Of a stretch of DNA of 64,000 nt, positions 28,992-36,230 are shown one piece after another; the first letter of the stretch is position 1; every line of letters starts with the position of its first letter. The stretch covers positions 45,634 to 109,633 of the forward strand of contig CAVYCJ010000001.1 of the NCBI GenBank assembly GCA_963766985.1, in the 5' to 3' direction. The stretch comes from an uncultured Acidobacteriota bacterium. Its GTDB lineage: Bacteria > Acidobacteriota > Terriglobia > Acidiferrales > UBA7541. The notes under the pieces are model-generated. The model searched no databases. It was not told the origin of the DNA and worked only from the letters and a program-made list of their open reading frames with translations. The translations under genes and the position numbers were made by a program.

Positions 28992-29168
28992 ATGGATAGC
29001 CAAAACCCAGGCGAAGCAAATCCCCTAAAAGAAGAGTCGGTGATCGCCAACGCAGAAGCCGCTCCGAAGGAACTCCCCGACGACGACCTGAAATCGGTGA
29101 CCGGCGGCCTCGGTTCGAAGCCCAGCGAAGCGCTGGGATCCGCCGCGGTTTGCATCAGTCAGCTGTAA
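28992..29168 (+). CDS. Small peptide A (58 aa) with double-glycine-type leader; candidate precursor or pheromone peptide
   Basis: Absent from the ORF track because it is under 60 aa. GGAGG (28981..28985) lies 6 nt before ATG 28992. My translation: MDSQNPGEANPLKEESVIANAEAAPKELPDDDLKSVTGG|LGSKPSEALGSAAVCISQL, stop TAA 29166..29168. Confidence 0.55.
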   Translation: MDSQNPGEANPLKEESVIANAEAAPKELPDDDLKSVTGGLGSKPSEALGSAAVCISQL

Positions 29169-29235
29169 ATTCGCTTCCGCCGTCAAAACGTATCTCTCGA
29201 CCGCTTGGCCCCGGCGGCCTCAGCGTATTGCTTAA

Positions 29236-31326
29236 GTGTCCGACAACTCCCGACATGAGTGGGTCGTAGGTCCGTTTCATCCGGACAACGAACTCCCCTC
29301 GCGCACCCCGCCCGCCGAACACCTCGAAATCAACGCGCATCGCAACCTGCGCGGCCCCTACACTTCGGCAATCGGAATCGTTCTTCGGCTTCTGGAACAT
29401 CCATCGATCGCCAAAATCGAAGATCTCTTCCGCCGGCGGCAACGGACGCTTCTACTCGTCTGTCCGGAATTAGCGAATTCCCATCCGGTCTCGCCCGAAG
29501 TTCGCAAATGGCTCACCTTATCTGGGGAAGGGAATCCGTCCTCACGTACGCTTAAGCTGGCTCACGGCCTGACCGACTTCATCCTCGACTGCGCTGCGCA
29601 TCTGAACTCTCAAGCGCCTCTCGTTCTATCGATCGATAATGTAGACTTCGCCGATCCTCTGGATCAGGAATTCTTGGCCGTTCTGCTTCGCCGCGCTCAT
29701 CCCGATCAACTCAGGATAAGAATTCGAACGTCATCGGACCGCCTCAGCGACGACCAACTTCGTTCGGCCGTACAGAAATTTGCATCCATAAGACATCTGC
29801 AATCGTCCCAGCAGGATTCCCTCTCTTCCAAGCAATATTCGCCCCCACCGAACATCTCCGCCTCGCGAAGAAATACGTCTGGTCGGACTGCACATCCAAC
29901 GACCCATCCCTCACGTCTTCCTACGCCGCCATAAACGCTGACGACCGCCGACTGCTGCATCAAGAACGACTCGCCGAACTTCAGTCACTCGGCCAAACGT
30001 CTTCTTCGCTAGGGGCTATCCCTTTTCACTGTGAACAGGCTGGCGACGATCCGTTCCCACTTCTCGCCGCCTCGGTGCATTGCATGCACGTCGCATTCTA
30101 CGAGGCAGCTCTGGACTGGGCAGTCCGCGGCCGCCGGATGCTCGCTTCCTCGGACCAAAGCAAACTGAGCAACGACCTCAGCCGCAACATTCTCTTCTCG
30201 TTGCTGTTACTGGAGCGTCTCGACGAGTTAGAGACGGTTTGCGCGCGGAATCTTGAGCGGAGCAACGATCCCGCCCTGCTCGCCCACACTACCTACGCCA
30301 AAGCGATCCTCGCGGCCCGCCTCTACGAACCATCAAGGCGCGACTATGCCGCCGCTCGAACCTGGATCGAGAAGTCCTTGGCCTTCACCGAAATGCTCCC
30401 AACGTCCGAGACTCGTGCGGTAAACATCGCGTTCTTGCGCAATACGATGGCTTTGGTGGAAATGCGCACGCGGCAACCTGGACACCGCCCTCCAACTTCT
30501 GTCCGATTCTCTTCAGTTCATGGCCACCGAAGCTCCGGCCAAATTCGAATCGGAATGCGCGATCCTTCTTCACAATCGTGCGCGGCTTCACACCAAACGC
30601 AACGAGCTGCCGAAAGCCATTGACGACCTCACGACTCTCCTCCGCCACCAGCCAGGCAACTACGAAAGCTATTTCGACCGCGGCGTTCTGCGGCAGCGAT
30701 TGGGCCATACGGAGGAAGCAATCCGGGACTTCGACGCCGCCATCGAATGGAGTCCACCCGATTCCGACGCCCACTTCAATCGCGCCCAGGCCTTGCTTTC
30801 ACTCGGCCGGGACGACCAAGCGCTGGCAGATTACACGCGAGTGCTCGAACTCCACCCGGCTCACATCGAAGCCCTGACCGATCGCGCTCGCCTCCTTTAC
30901 GCGCAAGGGAAACTAAACGCCGCTCGCTCCGACGTAAACGCCGCGCTTCTTCTATCGCCGTCGAGCGCGAGACTCTTGTGCATCTCCGGATTGCTGGATC
31001 TGAAAAGTCAGAATCTTGAACAAGCTTTCGAGCTCTTCACCAAGGCGATGGAAGCCGACTCTTCGCTCCCCGATGCTTGGGCCAACCGGGCAACCGTCCT
31101 TTTCAAGCAGGGAAAGTTCGAACAGGCGGGTCTCGACCTCAGTCGGGCACTTTCGCTCCGCGAGGATTCCGAGACCTTCTACAACCGCGGTCGATGTTTC
31201 GAGATGCAGAAGAAATGGTCCCAGGCGGCCGCCGACTATTCGCGCGCTCTCCAGTTAGTCAGGGGCGATGACAGTCATATCCGACGCCATTTGGCTGTGT
31301 GCCGGCAAGCGGAGATAGTTCGCTAA
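29236..31326 (+). pseudogene. Large (~696 aa) protein: P-loop-less STAND/AAA_16-like N-terminal region plus TPR array; two frame breaks
   Basis: Three ORFs (29236..29934, 30075..30623, 30520..31326) join. The first join, ..SSKQYSPP|TEHLRLAKKYVWSDC.., needs one C added to the C5 run at 29842..29846. The second, ..ALVEMRT|GNLDTALQLLSDSLQFMATEAP.., needs 1 nt skipped at about 30468..30471. The C-terminal half carries at least 6 TPR units (e.g. YFDRGVLRQRLGHTEEAIRDFDAAIEWSP). LVLSIDNVDFADPLDQEFLAVLLRR resembles a Walker-B/AAA_16 segment, but there is no GxxxxGK[ST]. Confidence 0.65.
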
Positions 31327-31368
31327 ACAATCAAAATACGCCGCTCGGCACCCGGTCGCGGTGCTGAC

Positions 31369-32511
31369 TCACGCATTGACGATCGGAAGGAGATCATTTT
31401 CGTTCGAACATCCCTGCAAGATTCCAAAATCGACCATCTTGCGCACTAGGTTCATATCCAGCCGGGTGTTCTCTTTCGTAAGAATCGCTTCGAGCGCTTC
31501 TTCCGTGGGCCTGCCATCGAAATACCGGAGAGCTCGCGCAAGCTTGTCTGGCATTTGCAACGGGTCATATCCACTGTAACCGACAATTCGGAAGCCGCCG
31601 TCCCCAACGCCCGTGAAATGGATTCGGCCCAGACGCAGTCTCTCGGGGAGGGCTGTCGATTCCAGGTTTTTGTACGCATCCGACAGCATTTGCGCGAGAA
31701 TTCGCACTCGCGGGCCTGATACCTGTTCGACCTGTTCCCATGTCAACGGGTCCACAAGCCGCGCACACGCACGATAGAATTCCGCTTCGCGCCCGACCCA
31801 ATCGCCCCAAAGCTTGCGGTACAAACCCCAGTTCATCTCCCCGCCTAGCTCCGAGACGTCGGGCGATGACCGTGCCGACATGGCAAAGACTTCCGCCGAA
31901 CCTGCCTTCAGTTCCTCCATGCACCACAAGCCGAGCTCACATTCGACAATCTGGAGAAGTTTGTCGGCCACCTTCCAGAAGTTGTGCCCTGTACCGCCAC
32001 GAACATGTTTGCAGAACCAGGTAGAACATACCGCTGGCCGGTGTTTCCAGATGCCACAGCCACCATTGGAGTCGAGAAATTGGCAGCGCAGTTCCGGAGC
32101 GCGCCCGAACACGTTCGGGGTGCTGTGGTACAACAAGTCGAAGACGGATCCAGGCCCAGCCCAACGCGGAGAAATCGCTACTCTTCGCGCGATACGTCGC
32201 TCAAGCTCTTCCCGCCCCGCTTGAATCGAGGGGTCCTCTTCCATCAGGATGCGCCCAGCCAGAAAGTTTGGAATGTGTGGTTGGAACGCACAACATTTCG
32301 TCGCGGGATGAAAAAATACGCCTTCCGCAGGCCCGTCGGGAGACGGGAGCATCGCGCAATTTTGGCAGGTAGCTCGAGTTTCGGCGGGAATAGGGCCGCC
32401 AGTCACGGTGCGGAGCCAGGGCGCGTAAAGAGGGGGGAGGGCAGCTTCGAGCATCATATTCGGTTCATATTTGCGGGAGAGATGATTCCACCGCTGGCGA
32501 AGCGAATACAA
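31369..32511 (-). CDS. YkgJ/FliB-type (CxxC...CC) cysteine-cluster protein with C-terminal PqqD-like (RRE-like) domain
   Basis: 380 aa. Cysteines C49-x2-C52, C73-C74 and C143-x8-C152-x9-C162-x4-C167 (CQFLDSNGGCGIWKHRPAVCSTWFC) match the Zn/Fe-chelating CxxCxxCC family pattern. Residues ~291-366 (RLRLGRIHFT..GFRIVGY..DPLQMPDKLARALRYFDGRPTEEALEAILTKENTRLDMNLVRKMVDFGILQ) have the 3-strand plus 3-helix pattern of PqqD. Confidence 0.55.
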   Translation of the reverse strand: MYSLRQRWNHLSRKYEPNMMLEAALPPLYAPWLRTVTGGPIPAETRATCQNCAMLPSPDGPAEGVFFHPATKCCAFQPHIPNFLAGRILMEEDPSIQAGREELERRIARRVAISPRWAGPGSVFDLLYHSTPNVFGRAPELRCQFLDSNGGCGIWKHRPAVCSTWFCKHVRGGTGHNFWKVADKLLQIVECELGLWCMEELKAGSAEVFAMSARSSPDVSELGGEMNWGLYRKLWGDWVGREAEFYRACARLVDPLTWEQVEQVSGPRVRILAQMLSDAYKNLESTALPERLRLGRIHFTGVGDGGFRIVGYSGYDPLQMPDKLARALRYFDGRPTEEALEAILTKENTRLDMNLVRKMVDFGILQGCSNENDLLPIVNA

Positions 32512-32577
32512 ATCACCGGGCGGGCCGCTGTTGACTGCGGCCCGCCCAGGTGTTGATATCCGGTATTTTCGGCTGTC

Positions 32578-32793
32578 TTAGGAAGGCAGTCCGTCTTCGA
32601 GCAACGAGCCGTCGAGGGTGTCGCCTTGAGCGATCGACCCGCCAGTCGTTGTTTTTGGAACTGAGGTGAGCGCCTTTTGTTTCACGACTACGGAGATGCC
32701 TTGCCCGCCCTGAACTCCACTGAGCTGATCTTCGTTCAACTCGGTGACTTCACCTGCGTGTTCCGAACCGGGCTTGATGGTTTCGTCAGACAT
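32578..32793 (-). CDS. Small peptide B (71 aa) with double-glycine-type leader; candidate precursor peptide
   Basis: MSDETIKPGSEHAGEVTELNEDQLSGVQGG|QGISVVVKQKALTSVPKTTTGGSIAQGDTLDGSLLEDGLPS. It lies 66 nt upstream of the Cys-cluster gene on the same strand. A purine-rich GAGAAAGAGAG precedes the ATG. Confidence 0.6.
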   Translation of the reverse strand: MSDETIKPGSEHAGEVTELNEDQLSGVQGGQGISVVVKQKALTSVPKTTTGGSIAQGDTLDGSLLEDGLPS

Positions 32794-32908
32794 ATTTTTC
32801 TCTCTTTCTCACACCGCCTCCGTCGAGACGGCGATCGTTACCGCTAAGTCCGAATTTTCCGGCATCGTGGGGACGCCCGACCGCGGGCACATTCCGGAAT
32901 CGGCCCGG

Positions 32909-32937
32909 AATATAGTCAATTGCCCTGTTTATGTAAA
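32909..32937 (-). promoter_or_regulatory. Sigma-70-like promoter for the peptide B / Cys-cluster operon
   Basis: On the minus strand: TTTACA (32937..32932), a 17-nt spacer, then TATATT (32914..32909). This is about 115 nt upstream of ATG 32793. Confidence 0.45.
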
Positions 32938-33098
32938 GACGTGTTTCTTAATAGCCGTCTCGGCGAAGCCCTCCGGCCGAACCTTGCCCGCGCATACACT
33001 GCCGTAAGGTTTCCCCCGTACTCGACCGATTGAGCCTCCGGCCTACGGCTTCCGCGACCACCAAAATAGACCTATCCGGTCAAATCGTCTGTCGGAAC

Positions 33099-33761
33099 TC
33101 AACTCGTCGGCGGAGGAGGTTGGAAAATAAACGCTACGACGATCTTTGACGTGACCGGCCTTCCGCGCACGGTGGCTGCTTGGAAGCGCCAGTTTTTCAA
33201 AGCTTCCTGCGCAAAGTGATTGAAGCCGGCCATTTCGTGCAGCACGTTGACATTCTTGACGTTTCCCGCGCTGTCCACCGTTGCTTGGAGTAACACCGAT
33301 CCCGAAGCAACGCTATTGATCGGATAGTCTGCATAAGCGAACGACAAGATGCCCACCGGAGAACCGTCCTCACCGCTGTCATCTGACGGAGCAGACGGAA
33401 TCACGGGCGTGAAATCTTTGACCGGCGCCGCTCCGAAACCCAGGTAATTCGTTGGCCGGTATACGAATGCGACGGTCATGCGAGAAGCTCTGGCCTTGCG
33501 GCCCTCAAGGGCTGGCCGGAATTTCCAATTCTGAACGGCAGATTTTACGTCCCCAAGCATCGCTCCTGGATTTCTGAGAGCTTCGATTCCCTGGATGCTC
33601 CCGTCGTCGCCAACACTGACGTCCACGACAAATAATCCATCGAGGATGACGTTATATGGCGCATACGCGTCGCCAGCCGAAATCACTTCGGGAGGGCTGT
33701 AGGCTTGCTGAGCCGAGACACAAGGCCACAAGAAAAGCCCCAGCAAAAGAAGTCTTCTCAT
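33099..33761 (-). CDS. Secreted protein with two TonB-C-like domains
   Basis: Signal peptide MRRLLLLGLFLWPCVSAQ. Two repeats of the TonB C-terminal pattern (..VDVSVGDDGSIQGIEALR...AVQNWKFRPA and ..LQATVDSAGNVKNVNVLH...EALKNWRFQAAT). Confidence 0.6.
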   Translation of the reverse strand: MRRLLLLGLFLWPCVSAQQAYSPPEVISAGDAYAPYNVILDGLFVVDVSVGDDGSIQGIEALRNPGAMLGDVKSAVQNWKFRPALEGRKARASRMTVAFVYRPTNYLGFGAAPVKDFTPVIPSAPSDDSGEDGSPVGILSFAYADYPINSVASGSVLLQATVDSAGNVKNVNVLHEMAGFNHFAQEALKNWRFQAATVRGRPVTSKIVVAFIFQPPPPTS

Positions 33762-33905
33762 ATCTGTAATCTACCACCGCGTCGCCCGCGGTACGCATCG
33801 CCGCGTGGGAGAAAGACTCGAGGCACGGTGGGGGAGACCCATGTCAATAGTCGCGGACCGCCTCGAAGGCTTCTCCATTCGAATTACCTGCAAGGTAAAC
33901 ACACC

Positions 33906-33934
33906 TTGACAACCCGTTACACTTGCGTTATCAT
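33906..33934 (+). promoter_or_regulatory. Near-consensus sigma-70 promoter about 255 nt upstream of glcF
   Basis: TTGACA (33906..33911), a 17-nt spacer, then TATCAT (33929..33934). Confidence 0.4.
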
Positions 33935-34188
33935 GTTCCGTGAAGCCTAACATATTCGAAGTAGCCTTGGTTTACGCCCCGCCGCAACTCTCGTATTTTC
34001 AATCGCTTCCACACTCTTTAAAACAGCCCTTTTCCAACTCACACAAATCAAACGACTTTCCCACTCTTTGCAAAACATGGGGGGTATACCCCAAAGCTTC
34101 CCAAATCGGGAATTCAAAAAACGAAATTCGGCTAAACCTCGCCGCGCCACATATTCTCGCGTCGTGCTACCGTTTCGAGTAGCCCAAG

Positions 34189-35661
34189 ATGACCACTGCT
34201 CCTCCTGTCCCCGGCCAGAATCCCGCGTACGAAGACTTCGCGCGCTGCGTCCACTGCGGCATCTGTCTCAACGCCTGCCCAACGTATCGCCTTTGGAATC
34301 TGGAGGCTGACTCCCCGCGAGGCCGCATCCACCAGATGATCCACGTCGCCCAAACCGACCTGGCCGCCATTGGCTCCGAGCACCCCGTCCCCAACCAAGT
34401 TCAATCCGGCTCTGTGAACTCTGCGTCCTCTGCGTTGAATCCTTCTTCGCCGTCCTCCCCCACGAACGGAAAGGGAACCACCGGGGGTGCCATAGGCATC
34501 GGCCCCAAAAATCCGCCCGCCGCTCGCCCCCAGATCACCAAATCTTTCGTCGAGCACATCGACAAATGCCTCGACTGCCGCGCTTGTGAAACCGCGTGCC
34601 CCTCCGCGGTCGAGTACGGCAAGCTCGTCGAGCACGCCCGCGCTCTCATCGAGCGCGACTACAAGCGCCCGCTCCTCGCCCGCATCGCGCGCAATCTAGC
34701 CTTCCGCAGATTTCTCCCGTACTCCGATCGCATTGCTACAGTTGCCCGCCTCATCTGGCTTTACCAGCGCTCCGGATTGCAGCGCTTCATTCGCTTCAGC
34801 GGCATGCTCGAACTTTTCGGTCTCGCCGATCGGGAGCAGCTTCTGCCCGAAATCGAAACGCCATTTTTCTTCAAGGAACTCGGTCGCACATTTCCCGCTG
34901 TAGGGCAGAAGCGCGCCCGCGTCGCCTTCTTCGCCGGTTGCGTCGCGCAGGTCGCCTTCGCGCGACTCAACGACGCGACCATTCGCGTCCTCAACGCCAA
35001 CGGCGTCGAAGTCGTCGTCCCCAAAACTCAAATGTGCTGCGGAGCGCTCGCCGCCCACGCCGGAGTCCGCGACGCCGCGCGCGACCTCGCCCGCAAAAAT
35101 CTCCTCGCCTTCGCCGGCGAAGAATTCGACGCCATCATCACCAACGCCGCCGGGTGCGGCTCCACGCTCAAGGAATACGATCACCTCTTCACCGAGAAAG
35201 AGCCTGAGTTCGCGCAAGCCGCCGTGTTCAAATCCAAGGTGCGCGACATCACGGAATATCTTGCGACACTCGGTGTCGTCACTCCGCTGCGCCCGCTCAA
35301 GCCGCTCTATTTGCGCGTCACATATCAGGATTCGTGCCACCTGCTCCACGGACAAAAGGTTCGCAACGCCCCGCGCGATCTCTTGAAACAAATTCCCGGC
35401 CTCGAACTCGTCGAACTGCCGCACTCCGACATTTGCTGCGGCTCCGCCGGCGTCTACAACGTCACGCAAACCAAAGCCTCGCTCGAATTGCTCGACGACA
35501 AAATGAAAAACATCGCGTCGATCAAACCCGAAGTCATCGTTACCGCCAACCCCGGCTGCATGCTCCAACTCCGCGCCGGCGTCCAGCGCGTCAAGGGAAA
35601 GCAAGAAGTGATGCACGTCGTCGAACTCCTCGACCGCTCCATGCGCGCCAAAAAGATTTAG
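34189..35661 (+). CDS. glcF: Glycolate oxidase iron-sulfur subunit (GlcF-type, 2x4Fe-4S plus CCG domains)
   Basis: CVHCGICLNACPTY and CLDCRACETACPS ferredoxin motifs. Two cysteine-rich CCG-type domains (MCCGALAAHAG; DICCGSAGVYN). Confidence 0.8.
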   Translation: MTTAPPVPGQNPAYEDFARCVHCGICLNACPTYRLWNLEADSPRGRIHQMIHVAQTDLAAIGSEHPVPNQVQSGSVNSASSALNPSSPSSPTNGKGTTGGAIGIGPKNPPAARPQITKSFVEHIDKCLDCRACETACPSAVEYGKLVEHARALIERDYKRPLLARIARNLAFRRFLPYSDRIATVARLIWLYQRSGLQRFIRFSGMLELFGLADREQLLPEIETPFFFKELGRTFPAVGQKRARVAFFAGCVAQVAFARLNDATIRVLNANGVEVVVPKTQMCCGALAAHAGVRDAARDLARKNLLAFAGEEFDAIITNAAGCGSTLKEYDHLFTEKEPEFAQAAVFKSKVRDITEYLATLGVVTPLRPLKPLYLRVTYQDSCHLLHGQKVRNAPRDLLKQIPGLELVELPHSDICCGSAGVYNVTQTKASLELLDDKMKNIASIKPEVIVTANPGCMLQLRAGVQRVKGKQEVMHVVELLDRSMRAKKI

Positions 35662-35846
35662 CGATGAAAGCACGAGCGATGAACGCTCGACGGGCGACGA
35701 AAAATCGTCTGAAATATGCACGGACAGGCACGGTTTGCGGGTAGTACCCGGTGGTGACGGATTCGCATCGCGTCAAGGGTTTGCCGTGTCGACGCATCGC
35801 TCACGGAGTAGCATCGTGACAGCTTTCATCAAGGAGCAAAGTAGCG

Positions 35847-36173
35847 ATGCGCACGGAACGAAGAAAAGCGGTTCGCCACCCATTCATCGCGCGGGCGGAA
35901 ATCATCGACGAAAGAGAAAACGCGCGCACGTCATCCAAGATCAGCGATCTCAGCCTCAGTGGCTGCTTCGTCGAGATCGGGAATCCGTTTCCGGAAGGAA
36001 CTTCGGTCGTGATTGAAATCTACACCGAAGACGAAATGCTCGAAGCCCACGGCACCGTCGCGCGCATTGAGCCCAAGCAGGGAATGGGCCTGGCCTTCGA
36101 CGAACTCCCGCCCTATTTCGCCGGCATCCTCAACAAATGGATCAAAGAATCTAAGTCAACGAAAGTGAACTAG
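35847..36173 (+). CDS. PilZ domain protein
   Basis: RRKAVRH (RxxxR) and DLSLSGCFV (D/NxSxxG) c-di-GMP binding motifs. 108 aa. Confidence 0.75.
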   Translation: MRTERRKAVRHPFIARAEIIDERENARTSSKISDLSLSGCFVEIGNPFPEGTSVVIEIYTEDEMLEAHGTVARIEPKQGMGLAFDELPPYFAGILNKWIKESKSTKVN

Positions 36174-36230
36174 AGATCGAACGCGAAATTGGAAATTAGA
36201 AAATCGAAATTGGAAACCTGAAATCAAAAA

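Noticed and set aside
28910-29155. 81-aa minus-strand ORF listed in the track.
   Set aside because: It has no SD and no recognisable features. The opposite strand carries an SD-preceded 58-aa ORF whose leader motif matches peptide B, so I treat the minus ORF as the shadow.
36174-36230. AT-rich direct repeats (CGAAATTGGAAA x2) between the convergent pilZ and fhs genes.
   Set aside because: There are only two short copies in a 57-nt spacer with no hairpin or known motif, which is too weak to interpret.
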